A stretch of DNA of 28,806 bases from a virus (lineage: Duplodnaviria; Caudoviricetes): the IMG/VR virus record IMGVR_UViG_3300032247_001630, positions 1 through 28,806 of that record; one strand, written 5' to 3'. Of this stretch, positions 17,815 through 27,145 are shown one piece after another. The first letter of the stretch is position 1. Each line of letters begins with the position of its first letter. Under the pieces are notes generated by a model. The model was not told the origin of the DNA. It was given only the letters and a program-made list of their open reading frames with translations, and made no database searches. Made by a program: the position numbers and the translations under genes.

Positions 17815-18769
17815 CAGGTTTTGGTACAATTTTTGCCAGGGTTTGACCGCCACGCAACGAAGTCAAGGTTCCGGGTTTACGCAGTTCTAGCCAGCTACTG
17901 GGTCCGTTGTCGTGCCAAAAAAATTCAATTTCAAAGTCAAGATGTTGCGCCAAGTTCCGTACAAGACCGGCAGGGGTGTAACAGGCATAATTTTGTTCGA
18001 CCAATTTTACTCCGGCAACCCGTTCGCAATCGTTAAAGGTCATGACAAATACCCCACCTGGTTTTAATTTTTCGTAAATTTCTGCTAGATATTTTTTTAT
18101 CATTTCGATTGGTCTAAAATTGAGATAGTTGTAGGCAAAACAAAGACCAAACTGACCGTCGGGAATTTTTTCCAACAGTTCTTGATCAAGCGATTCTTCG
18201 ATCACGTAACAACGCAAGCGGCGCTGATAAGTTTCTTCAAAACGGTCGACCACTGGTTGCAACAGTTCGTGACTTTCGTCTATCAGATACAATGGATCGT
18301 TTGCTACCAGGTAATCTATAAACAGTTCGTTTCCAGGATGTATGATCATGGCTGCATGATGCCAGTCGGCATAGCGTCGCAGTCTAGCAGAAAAAATCTT
18401 TTCAGCGTCAGGATTGAGCGGTACAGGTTGATTTCTCAATTGTTGTGGAAATTCAGCATGTTGCGAGAGACGTTCTCGCAAGGTACGTTCGTACCATTGA
18501 TAACTGCGTTGGAACCAGGCTGTTTCTTCAGCGGCAATCTGGTCCTGCACCTGCTGTTTGATCAAATCTAATTCTTGTTCAAACAGATCAAATGACTCAA
18601 GCACATTTTGATATCGTGTTTTTAACAGTTCAAAGCTGGCCCTATCAAAATGCGCACCGGCACTGTCCAGCACTTTGTCAAGATCCAACTGCGCAGTCAG
18701 CTTGATAGAATTGCTGGATTCATTGCATAACTTTTCCCAAAACAGTACAAGATCTAGAAATTTCATCAT
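17798..18769 (-). CDS. Class I SAM-dependent methyltransferase-like protein with N-terminal coiled coil
   Basis: IPDGQFGLCFA, EIYEKLKPGGVFVMTF; motif I is degenerate (IIHPG). ATGA-coupled to the polymerase stop. Confidence 0.65.
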   Translation of the reverse strand: MMKFLDLVLFWEKLCNESSNSIKLTAQLDLDKVLDSAGAHFDRASFELLKTRYQNVLESFDLFEQELDLIKQQVQDQIAAEETAWFQRSYQWYERTLRERLSQHAEFPQQLRNQPVPLNPDAEKIFSARLRRYADWHHAAMIIHPGNELFIDYLVANDPLYLIDESHELLQPVVDRFEETYQRRLRCYVIEESLDQELLEKIPDGQFGLCFAYNYLNFRPIEMIKKYLAEIYEKLKPGGVFVMTFNDCERVAGVKLVEQNYACYTPAGLVRNLAQHLDFEIEFFWHDNGPSSWLELRKPGTLTSLRGGQTLAKIVPKPVANSK

Positions 18770-21426
18770 GACCAATCAAATAAAGTTTGGAATGTGTTTT
18801 CGGTATTGGTAGCCGAAGCCAAGTCCCAATCCAACACATTCAATAGGTTGTCGATCTTTTGATCGACCACAGTGGCTTCCATCTCCGAGTCATCAAAAGG
18901 CAAGTCCTTGAACCATTGTGGCAAGTGTATCTCATCTGTGGGATACCCAATACTGGTCCAGCCCATGGGATTGTTCTTGAGTTTGCACACGATGGTTTTC
19001 ATGCCGTCTACAATCTGTAGACTGTACCGGTCGCCGTTCATGGTTCGTAAGTTGTTCCAGTTCAAGGCTGCACGCACATGACCGGGCATGTTGGCTTTGC
19101 CTAAGCGTTCTTCTTCCTTGCCATACTTGGTCAAGTTGTTGACACGTTTGGGGCTTCCTTTTTCCCATCCAGGTCGATCCTTGAACACGTACTTGAACTC
19201 GCGGATCTTTTCTATGATTTCATCACGTGTGGCTCCAGTCAGCACATCATCCAGTATTTGGCTTAGAAATTCTTGTATGACCTTGGGTGTATCTGATCGC
19301 TTGAGATCAAGACCCATGGCCTTGACCTTGCCCGGACGGCCATTGACATCTTGCCGTCGGCCTTCTTTGTCAATGATCATGACAGCATAGCGTTTTTTGG
19401 TAATAAACAAGCCTTTGCTGGCTACCACTTCGCGACCGCCACGTATCACTGAGCCCATTTCTCTGGGCACATGGAATGCAGTTTCCATGAATCCTGGAAA
19501 ACTGTCATTGACCTGATCGGCGATTGAGTCATACAACTGTATGGCAATTTCTTTTGACCATGACATGGCACCTGCGTCTATTTCGCTTTTGAGTACCGGG
19601 TAGGCTGTAAAATAACACGAGTCTGTGTCACCATAGATGATTGCGTCACCTACGTGATCATATTTGCCAGTAATGCATTCATTTACATAAGCATCCATGT
19701 GCCGGGCAATCGACCGACCCGTAAGAGTTGTGCTCTGTCCAATACGCTTGTCAAAAAACCTGCAGCCAGGGTTAAGAATAGCACCATACAAGCTATTAAG
19801 ATTAATCTTTTTAACCAGCTGTCGCTTGTCCCAGTATTCTTCGTCGTCCTTGTTGTCGCATTCTTTGAGTCGGGCTTGCATGTCTTTACGTTCAGCATAC
19901 CAGCGTTTGAGAAGTCCTGGAATCACAGCTTCACGTTCGTATGTGAATATGGTGCCGTTGGCCGTGATCATCCAGGGTTGGTTGCTGTCAAAGATCATCT
20001 TCCATACTTCGGCAGCACTATGCACAGTTTCCGCACCGTCTGACCAGTCTATGGTGATTTCGGTGCCACGTTGCTGTTCCATGACTGCGGTGTATTCCAG
20101 GCTTCCAAACAGGCCTTCCCAGGCGGCTGCAAAGCTGGCTCCACCACGCATCTTGTCTGCGATGTAGCGTTCGGTCATGGTTTGACGCAGTTGTCCGATA
20201 ATGGTTTCTGGTCCCATGTTAAGAGCACGAATGGCACTGGGATACAAACTGTTGATGTCGATTGACCCGATATATTCGTGTATGCCTTTTTTGGGATAGG
20301 CCACATAGGCACCTGCGGCCTGTGTGTCTTCGTCTGACAGTCTTTCCTTGCGATTGGGTACCACCATGCCACGTTCGTGTGCTTCGTTGATAATGGCCTG
20401 TTCAGTCAAGGCCACAGCACCCATGGTGGTCTGTAGCAACACTGTATTTTCATGTGCCAGGATATTGGCCAGATCCAGGAATTTCAGTTTCTGATCCAGC
20501 TTGGCCAAGATCATGGTGTCTTGTCTATTGTACTCAATAAATCTCTTGAAGTTTTGATTGTACAATTGATCCAAGGTGCCTTCAAACACAGTTTTGGTCT
20601 CGCCCAGTTCGTATTCGGCAATGGCATCTAGACTGTAACTGTGTCGTTCTTCATAGGTGTATTTGCGATACAGTTGCATATAGTCCATGTGTACACGGCC
20701 AATCAAGTCATAGGTTTGATTTTCTGCACCGAAGCGTTCGAACATGCGCTGTTTGGGAAACTGATCCCACAGACAAAATCTACGTGTGTCATCTTTTGAC
20801 AACACACGAGTCACCCTATTGATAGTATACGGAATATCAAAGCCTTCACTGTTCCAGCCACTCAGTGCGTCAGCATCTTCAATCAAGTCCAAGAAAGTCT
20901 TTAGTAAATCTTCTTCACGTTCAAAAATCATGGTGTTCTCAAACTCACCAGCGATCTCTTCGGCAGTTTCGGGGCTCATGTGTCTGGGCGGAACGACCAG
21001 GGTGACCATCTGTTCCAGCCAACCCAGATACACACTTATGGCCGTGATGGCATTGAATGGATCTGCGGGTGGACTGAATCCGCGGTCGGGGTCAAAGTCT
21101 ACTTCAATGTCAAAGAATGCCACATTCAGCCGGGGAGCGTCTTGTCCTTTGTAGTTTTCTTCCAGGCATCTGAAGATTGGATTGATGTCCGACTCAAACA
21201 GGCGTTTTCCGCTTTGTATGCGAATTTCCTTGCGGAACTCTTTGTTGTTTCTTGTGCTGAATCTGGCCACTGGCGTACCAAAGATGCTTTGGAACTTGCC
21301 CCTGGGGTCATCATAATAAAAGATATAGTTGGCCGGATATTCACGATAATGCCGTTGACCATCTCTGCGTTCAACTATGTGTATGCGATCGTGTTCACGA
21401 TCAAACAGTGCGTCAATATAACTCAA
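18766..21426 (-). CDS. Family B DNA polymerase (T4 gp43-like)
   Basis: Exo I FFDIEV, Exo II GWNSEGFDIPY, Exo III YNRQD; polymerase motifs DINSLYPS, KINLNSLYG, YGDTDS, KKRY. TTG start with GGAG SD. Confidence 0.97.
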   Translation of the reverse strand: MSYIDALFDREHDRIHIVERRDGQRHYREYPANYIFYYDDPRGKFQSIFGTPVARFSTRNNKEFRKEIRIQSGKRLFESDINPIFRCLEENYKGQDAPRLNVAFFDIEVDFDPDRGFSPPADPFNAITAISVYLGWLEQMVTLVVPPRHMSPETAEEIAGEFENTMIFEREEDLLKTFLDLIEDADALSGWNSEGFDIPYTINRVTRVLSKDDTRRFCLWDQFPKQRMFERFGAENQTYDLIGRVHMDYMQLYRKYTYEERHSYSLDAIAEYELGETKTVFEGTLDQLYNQNFKRFIEYNRQDTMILAKLDQKLKFLDLANILAHENTVLLQTTMGAVALTEQAIINEAHERGMVVPNRKERLSDEDTQAAGAYVAYPKKGIHEYIGSIDINSLYPSAIRALNMGPETIIGQLRQTMTERYIADKMRGGASFAAAWEGLFGSLEYTAVMEQQRGTEITIDWSDGAETVHSAAEVWKMIFDSNQPWMITANGTIFTYEREAVIPGLLKRWYAERKDMQARLKECDNKDDEEYWDKRQLVKKINLNSLYGAILNPGCRFFDKRIGQSTTLTGRSIARHMDAYVNECITGKYDHVGDAIIYGDTDSCYFTAYPVLKSEIDAGAMSWSKEIAIQLYDSIADQVNDSFPGFMETAFHVPREMGSVIRGGREVVASKGLFITKKRYAVMIIDKEGRRQDVNGRPGKVKAMGLDLKRSDTPKVIQEFLSQILDDVLTGATRDEIIEKIREFKYVFKDRPGWEKGSPKRVNNLTKYGKEEERLGKANMPGHVRAALNWNNLRTMNGDRYSLQIVDGMKTIVCKLKNNPMGWTSIGYPTDEIHLPQWFKDLPFDDSEMEATVVDQKIDNLLNVLDWDLASATNTENTFQTLFDWS

Positions 21427-21432
21427 AAGTTT

Positions 21433-21496
21433 CTCCGTTTATGGCCGGTCGACCATGATTCATGCTCGTGTGTGAGCGACTCAATGATCATATTTA
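21433..21496 (-). promoter_or_regulatory. Polymerase leader: TAAATA motif, two hairpins, then SD
   Basis: TAAATA 21496-21491; GCUC-ACACAC-GAGC (21477-21464); AUGGU-CGACCG-GCCAU (21456-21441); GGAG 21436-21433. Confidence 0.5.
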
Positions 21497-21519
21497 TTGC
21501 TATCAATGATTGATAAAAT

Positions 21520-22575
21520 TTAATTGTGTTTGCTGGTTGCAATATCAAAAACTTCTGTATAAAAATTATCAATGGTATTATAATAATTTTTTAAAACGCT
21601 ATAATTGTGACGAGCAATTTCAAGTAAACTTGTAAAATTGTATTCCCAAGAATCTTGTACCAATACTTCCAACAAGCGAGTTTGTCGTTGTTGCCATGAC
21701 AAATGATCCAAATTAAGAGAACTGGTGCTGGTCACAAGACCCCAAGATTCAAAATGTCTTGGAATATTTTTTTCTACAAATAACAAATCAATACTTGGTA
21801 GCATTAATGCTCTAGCTACTTTTTCACTGAAAAAACAGCTTGCATCATTGTCGTTTGTGGCATAGGTATCAAGCACTAACGAATATTTTGAATCACATAT
21901 CTTATCCCACAATATGGGATTTTCTTCAAAATTTCTAAAGGGTACCTGTGATCTTAAATTTTGATACGCATCTTCAAAATGAGGTAATTGATTCATACCA
22001 TGTAGCGAATGTAATTGATCAAACAAGTCAATCTCGAGCTGATTTTCATTTTCATAATTATATAACAAAAAAGACACATACCCACGATCTAATAATTTTG
22101 CATTATATAAAAAATAAAACCAACTCTGTCGTGTAGCATCAACTCGATGTATAAAGCAATTGAACAATTTACTAGGACAATGATTTTGAGAAAGACTCTT
22201 ATAACAATCAGGATCAACATGCAAATGTTTCAATCCAACCAGTGCTGGATGCGTTAGAAACGTGATATTTGAAAGGTCTGTCAGATCAATAAAAGAATCA
22301 GTACATACCAAAATTTTTTTTCCACGCTCAAACAGTTGCTGATTAATTGATTCCCAATAGGATCTAGAACCAAACAGTGCATCCTGTATCCAGAACAAAA
22401 TTATGAATTTTGTTCCAGAATCTAATTGCACCGCCTTTTCGAGTGCATGACTTTGATGTCTTCCTATAAACTGAACATTATTTTTTCTGCAGAATTCCTG
22501 CAATTTTTTACTAATATTTTGCCCTGTTGATCTACAATGCTGAAATTCTTTAGAAATATCTACGTGTGATGGCAT
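21520..22575 (-). CDS. Hypothetical protein, GT10-like EK-motif family (paralogue 2); start probably ATG 22575
   Basis: KLFNCFIHR...RQ, SKYSLVLDT, FFSEKVAR, IARHN. Markedly AT-rich. Confidence 0.5.
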   Translation of the reverse strand: MPSHVDISKEFQHCRSTGQNISKKLQEFCRKNNVQFIGRHQSHALEKAVQLDSGTKFIILFWIQDALFGSRSYWESINQQLFERGKKILVCTDSFIDLTDLSNITFLTHPALVGLKHLHVDPDCYKSLSQNHCPSKLFNCFIHRVDATRQSWFYFLYNAKLLDRGYVSFLLYNYENENQLEIDLFDQLHSLHGMNQLPHFEDAYQNLRSQVPFRNFEENPILWDKICDSKYSLVLDTYATNDNDASCFFSEKVARALMLPSIDLLFVEKNIPRHFESWGLVTSTSSLNLDHLSWQQRQTRLLEVLVQDSWEYNFTSLLEIARHNYSVLKNYYNTIDNFYTEVFDIATSKHN

Positions 22576-22582
22576 TGCTAAA

Positions 22583-22843
22583 TTAGAGAGTCTTACCAAC
22601 CGTGGTCAAGATTTGTTCAAGTATCTCATGATCCTGTTGAGCGCGACCAAATTCAGCTTTGTGTGCCAGTTTGATAGCTCGCTTGAGAATAGCTGGCTTG
22701 ATTTCCATTTCTTCGGCAATGGCTTTCACAGTGTCATTCAAACCTTCGGTTAGTGTTTCAATCTCATGAGTGACCTGCATGCCTTCGTTGATGATTTGTG
22801 TTAGTTTGGCAGTTTGTTCTGCGGTAAAGACGCGATTTGTCAT
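22583..22843 (-). CDS. T4 DsbA-like dsDNA-binding protein
   Basis: 86-aa helical protein, IETL...LNDTVKAIAEEMEIKPAILKRAIKLAHK pattern (phage DsbA/GapR-like); AAGGAG SD. Confidence 0.65.
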   Translation of the reverse strand: MTNRVFTAEQTAKLTQIINEGMQVTHEIETLTEGLNDTVKAIAEEMEIKPAILKRAIKLAHKAEFGRAQQDHEILEQILTTVGKTL

Positions 22844-22865
22844 TAGATTTCTCCTTTAAAAACTT

Positions 22866-22894
22866 ATTATACAGCACAACATCTTGTGTGTCAA
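22866..22894 (-). promoter_or_regulatory. Perfect-consensus sigma70 promoter
   Basis: TTGACA (22894-22889), 17 nt, TATAAT (22871-22866). The spacer holds the inverted repeat CACAA-N4-TTGTG. Confidence 0.9.
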
Positions 22895-22896
22895 TG

Positions 22897-23814
22897 TTAT
22901 TTTGGGACAATGATGTCTTTTTGGAACCTAGTGCGTAACTGCTGGATTAGGTCAACACTTTTGGTAAAATGTTCCTGAGCAGTTACTTTGTTGAATTGTG
23001 GAGGGATAAATCCGCTGACTCGTTCAATTTCGTCGCGACCAATTCGTGCTGTGGCCTGTTCCAGTATGTTGGCCAATCTTTTTCTTTTTGTTTCGCTCAT
23101 TTCGATCCTGGCCACAACCACATTTAAAACTGCCGGTGCCCGTATACCTTGCTCGGCCAGAGTTGGAACTTTGGGATACGCGGCCAATCGGCTAGAACAA
23201 CTGACGGCCAACATTTTGAGATTGGGATTCTTAGATTTAAAATTTTCAAAAGCTTCGGCTGTGTCAATGCCAAAGTTAACTCCGTTGTTGCCCACCATGT
23301 TGACCACGGCATCAAAGTTTGATTTGAATGGCACCAACTGCACCCGAACACCATAGCGTTCACCAATCAACAACGCAGTTAAATGAGTAGCATTTCCTGC
23401 TCCCACAGTACCAACTACAATTTCTTGTGCAGAATTCAACCCAGATATGGTTTTATTGGCAGACGCAGTTGACATCACAGTCCAACAGGCATCGCCTAAA
23501 CTCCAAACCGGCACATAGTCTGTGGGGCGGATCCAGCCTGATTCAACGTTTTCCACCCAGGATGCCGCAACAATGGCCAAGTTGGTTTGCGGATCTGAAT
23601 CAATCTGTCTAACAGCAATTACCTGATTGCCTCCTGGCCTAAACTCAAGCACGAACACATAATCCTGTTGTATCTGGTTAGCAGTTTCAATGATCCGTAA
23701 CATGGCCGGAGTCCCACTGTGGCTGGCAGTGTAAGGAGTTTGGATCCGAATGGTTTCCGGCCCGGCCCACGCCCAAGATGATAATGCAATTAATAAGAAG
23801 ATAAAAGTTTTCAT
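22897..23814 (-). CDS. tctC: Tripartite tricarboxylate transporter substrate-binding protein (TctC/Bug family); start ATG 23814
   Basis: Signal peptide MKTFIFLLIALSSWAWA; EFRPGGNQVIA, GTVGAGNATHL, VPFKS, PKVPTLAEQG. Confidence 0.8.
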   Translation of the reverse strand: MKTFIFLLIALSSWAWAGPETIRIQTPYTASHSGTPAMLRIIETANQIQQDYVFVLEFRPGGNQVIAVRQIDSDPQTNLAIVAASWVENVESGWIRPTDYVPVWSLGDACWTVMSTASANKTISGLNSAQEIVVGTVGAGNATHLTALLIGERYGVRVQLVPFKSNFDAVVNMVGNNGVNFGIDTAEAFENFKSKNPNLKMLAVSCSSRLAAYPKVPTLAEQGIRAPAVLNVVVARIEMSETKRKRLANILEQATARIGRDEIERVSGFIPPQFNKVTAQEHFTKSVDLIQQLRTRFQKDIIVPK

Positions 23815-23821
23815 ATGCTTA

Positions 23822-23849
23822 ATTATACAACCAACCCATGCCAGGTCAA
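23822..23849 (-). promoter_or_regulatory. sigma70-type promoter, probably leaderless, for the tctC-like gene
   Basis: TTGACC (23849-23844), 16 nt, TATAAT (23827-23822); ATG only 7 nt downstream and no SD. Confidence 0.6.
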
Positions 23850-23887
23850 ATAAATCGCATTGCATACCCATCAAGATAAGTATTGAC

Positions 23888-24976
23888 ATGAAAAGAGCTG
23901 TGGTGTGTGTGACCGATCCTTGGAACTACTATGACCAATTGCAGGATTGGAGCATAATGACTGTGAATCCCGACAACAGTCCTGTAAGACAGCAATACCT
24001 TTTGGAAAACAGTGATTGGAGCATGATGATCACCGAAAACGGTATTGAGTATCGTGACGGCGGCGATTACCCCGGCGAACGTATTTACGCATACACGTCT
24101 GGCACCACCGGAGACAGTAAATTTTATTCATTCACCCAGGCACAAGTTGATCACTGTGTCAACTCAATCGTGCAATCGTATGAACTCACAGCCAATGATA
24201 GATATGTGGGCATAATGCCGCTATGGCATGCGCACGGACAGGCATTTTATTGGGCCACTCGACAGATTGGTTGCGAAACACATTTTTTATCTGTGGCCAA
24301 TATCAGACACATGCCCGATTACAGTCCCACTTTTATCACTGGCGTCCCTGACGTGTTAAAAACTGTGAGACAGTTGTCTTTTGATCATTTGCGTTTTATA
24401 CGCAGTGCCAGTTCGGCCATGCCCGATTGGTTGTTTCGAGATCTTGGCGACCGGTTCCGGATTCCCATTATTGAAGCATTTGGCATGACTGAAGCATACA
24501 GCCATTGTTTTACCAATCCCTTGCACGGTGAGCAACGCATGGGCACAGTGGGATTGCCTTCGGGTATTGAGGCACGCATTGACAATCAGCACCTGATGAT
24601 ACGCGGTGCCGGAGTTTGGACCAATGACTGGATTGACACGTATGATTTGGCCGAACAAGATGACTGCGGTTATTATCGAATTCTGGGTCGTAGTGTTGAT
24701 CAGTTGAATCTCAAAGGTAAAAAATTCAATCCTGCCAGTCTGGAAGCACAGATTCTAAAACAGTTTGTGGGTATCAAAGAATGTGTGATATTTGGCAACC
24801 AAGAACTCAATTGTTTATATGTGGGCGATGGCCAAGCACAACAGATCCAACAGTTTTTGTTTGGCCTAGATCGGCATCTTAGAGCAACACAAATAACACA
24901 AGTTGAAGAAATACCCACGGTGTACCCTGGAAAAATTTCAAGATCTTTTTTAAAAAGAAAGTTCGATTCTCAATGA
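23888..24976 (+). CDS. AMP-binding (ANL) acyl-CoA synthetase-like enzyme, compact; start ATG 23888
   Basis: P-loop YTSGTTGDSK, MPLWHAHG, EAFGMTEA, TYDLA, ILGRSVD, C-terminal GKI. Confidence 0.85.
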   Translation: MKRAVVCVTDPWNYYDQLQDWSIMTVNPDNSPVRQQYLLENSDWSMMITENGIEYRDGGDYPGERIYAYTSGTTGDSKFYSFTQAQVDHCVNSIVQSYELTANDRYVGIMPLWHAHGQAFYWATRQIGCETHFLSVANIRHMPDYSPTFITGVPDVLKTVRQLSFDHLRFIRSASSAMPDWLFRDLGDRFRIPIIEAFGMTEAYSHCFTNPLHGEQRMGTVGLPSGIEARIDNQHLMIRGAGVWTNDWIDTYDLAEQDDCGYYRILGRSVDQLNLKGKKFNPASLEAQILKQFVGIKECVIFGNQELNCLYVGDGQAQQIQQFLFGLDRHLRATQITQVEEIPTVYPGKISRSFLKRKFDSQ

Positions 24977-25902
24977 GCCAAACAGTCTTTAAATCACAAT
25001 ATCCTATCTTGGAAGCCTGCATGAATCGTGGCTCCACACTGGAACTGGCCGTGGCTGTACACCAAGCCGGAGGGTATCCTAGTCTATGTTCATGGACCTA
25101 CAATCGACGCAACCAGCTTATGCAACAAGATCTGGACTGTTTTGTCAAACAAACTCAGAGCAACCGAATACATTTGAGTTTTGAACTAGATGAATTTGAT
25201 AATCATGCTGTGCATGATATTGTCAAATCACACAGTATTCCTACTATTGAACTGATTTATGGCAAACCAAATTCGCCCAACGGCAAGGAGTCCGAGTCGG
25301 ACCCTGCACTGGAAAAAAGACTATTGCATCTAATTGAACCTTTGAAAGCACAAGGCACACGAATTTTTAAACGCATGTATGACACAGTAGATCAAGCGAC
25401 CATGGACCGTCATTTGCTAGATGGATTTTGCATCAAAGGTCTTGAAAGTGCAGGATATGGCACTTTTGTTCCGGTAAGAGAAACATTTTTACGACAGCGT
25501 GAACTGACTCCTGGCGCCATGTTGATTCCGTATGGCGGAATAGGCACAGCCGAGCAAGTTCAAGACTACATAGAACTAGGTGCTGAAATGATTGCCGTGG
25601 GCACAGTGTTGGCTTTGAGTACAGAAAGCACCATGTCTAAAAAAACCAAACTTGCAGCTATACAAAAAAAATCACAAGACCTAGTTTACCACCCGCGAAA
25701 TTTTGGCGAGATTGAACGCAAACAATCGGCCTTGATATTTGGCAACTATTCGCGATCGGATGATGAGGATGGTACCATTGGGCTGGTGCGTGGTCTACAC
25801 GGCAAAACAGACAGTCAGGTGTATTTTGGTCACGGTATCGATCATGTGACTGAAATATTGCCTTGTCGCGAAATCATACAACGTTTGGTGGCAAAAATTT
25901 AA
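24973..25902 (+). CDS. Nitronate monooxygenase / FabK-like FMN TIM-barrel oxidoreductase
   Basis: YPILEACMN, LAVAVHQAGG, KGLESAG, PYGGIG, GAEMIAVGT, FGHGI. Confidence 0.75.
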   Translation: MSQTVFKSQYPILEACMNRGSTLELAVAVHQAGGYPSLCSWTYNRRNQLMQQDLDCFVKQTQSNRIHLSFELDEFDNHAVHDIVKSHSIPTIELIYGKPNSPNGKESESDPALEKRLLHLIEPLKAQGTRIFKRMYDTVDQATMDRHLLDGFCIKGLESAGYGTFVPVRETFLRQRELTPGAMLIPYGGIGTAEQVQDYIELGAEMIAVGTVLALSTESTMSKKTKLAAIQKKSQDLVYHPRNFGEIERKQSALIFGNYSRSDDEDGTIGLVRGLHGKTDSQVYFGHGIDHVTEILPCREIIQRLVAKI

Positions 25903-26574
25903 ATGTCCTTGTTTAGAAGCGAACTAGATCAATTGCGTACAGCCGGTTATGAATTTGATGAGACCTGGCAGGTGGTAGATCTGTTTGAACAAAAGATCGC
26001 AGGATTTTTTGGTGCGCCTTGTGCTGTGGCCACTGACTGTTGCACTCACGCACTTGAATTGAGTTTGAGACTGTTAAACAGTTTCCAAACCCAGGTAAAT
26101 GTGCCCTTGCACACCTACATGAGTGTGCCCATGATGCTGGACAAAATCAATCACAAATGGCAATTTCAACAAGTAACCTGGCAAGATCAATACTATCTTG
26201 ACCCATTGCCCATTATTGATGCTGCTAGAACGTGGAGGGCACAGTCATATGTACCAGGCACGCTGATGTGTTTGAGCTTTCAGTTTAAAAAACACATTCC
26301 TATCGGACGTGGTGGTATCATACTGACAGACAATCATGAGTGGTATAATCAACTGCAAAAAATGGTTAGAGATGGTCGTGATCGTACCATGCTTTGGGAA
26401 AATGATGATGTTGATTCTGCGGGGTATCACTACTACATGACTCCCGAGGATGCTGCACGTGGAATCATGTTGTTTGATCAATTGCACAACGTGGCCACTG
26501 CCAAGACCTGGTCATGGCAGGATTACAAACCGTTGAATCGGTTATCGGTGTTTAAACATCACCAATACGTCTAG
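25903..26574 (+). CDS. DegT/DnrJ/EryC1/StrS-family PLP aminotransferase (short form)
   Basis: FEQKIA.FFG...AVATDCCTHAL, IIDAA, LSFQFKKHIPIGRGG, GYHYYM. Confidence 0.8.
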   Translation: MSLFRSELDQLRTAGYEFDETWQVVDLFEQKIAGFFGAPCAVATDCCTHALELSLRLLNSFQTQVNVPLHTYMSVPMMLDKINHKWQFQQVTWQDQYYLDPLPIIDAARTWRAQSYVPGTLMCLSFQFKKHIPIGRGGIILTDNHEWYNQLQKMVRDGRDRTMLWENDDVDSAGYHYYMTPEDAARGIMLFDQLHNVATAKTWSWQDYKPLNRLSVFKHHQYV

Positions 26575-27145
26575 CACTAGAACCGGCATATTGACCTGGT
26601 ACCACAATATCTTTGACCACGTTGGTCAATCCTGATACTTCTACCCTATCAACAATCGTTACCTTGTTGGTCACAGTTGATCGTATGTTGAATACACAGT
26701 GATTGCCAACTCGAGATTTGTCAGAAATAATTACTCCTGGTCTAGTGATGCAATTATTACCAAGCTGGCTGTAATGTCCGATCAGGTTGTAGGGTCCAAT
26801 AATGCAGTGTCTACCCACTTGGGCTCCCAATGACACAGTGGAAAATGGAAAAATAAAAGTACCAGCGCCGATCTGTGCCGGTGGTTCAGTTCCTATCAAA
26901 CAGGTATCATGTATGACTGTGACAAGATCAAGATCGTGCTGATCAAGCAGTCCAAGCAACTGTTGGCGTTCCTCAAGGTCAAATGTGACAGACACAATGT
27001 ATTGATATGTGTCATCTGGCACAAAGTTTTTGGGAGAAACCACATCAACTGTGTGTGTTTTTGCAATTTCGTTTACGAACTCTTGTGTCATCGAAGATTC
27101 TGTGTAACCAATGATACGTATGGGTTTGTGATTGCCTACAATCAT
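26552..27145 (-). CDS. Hexapeptide-repeat sugar acyltransferase, NeuD/PglD-like (paralogue of 5572-6204)
   Basis: TVIHD, IGAGTF, VGRHCI, LGNNCI, VGNHCV, VVKDI..PGQYAGSSAR. Confidence 0.8.
   Translation of the reverse strand: MIVGNHKPIRIIGYTESSMTQEFVNEIAKTHTVDVVSPKNFVPDDTYQYIVSVTFDLEERQQLLGLLDQHDLDLVTVIHDTCLIGTEPPAQIGAGTFIFPFSTVSLGAQVGRHCIIGPYNLIGHYSQLGNNCITRPGVIISDKSRVGNHCVFNIRSTVTNKVTIVDRVEVSGLTNVVKDIVVPGQYAGSSARRIGDV

Noticed and set aside
23750-23889. Apparent head-to-head overlap of the TctC and synthetase ORFs in the track
   Set aside because: An artefact of longest-ORF starts; the likely starts (23814 and 23888) leave a 73-nt divergent promoter gap.
26552-26574. 23-nt tail-to-tail overlap of the DegT and acyltransferase genes
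   Set aside because: Short convergent overlaps are common in compact phage genomes, and no additional structure was seen.
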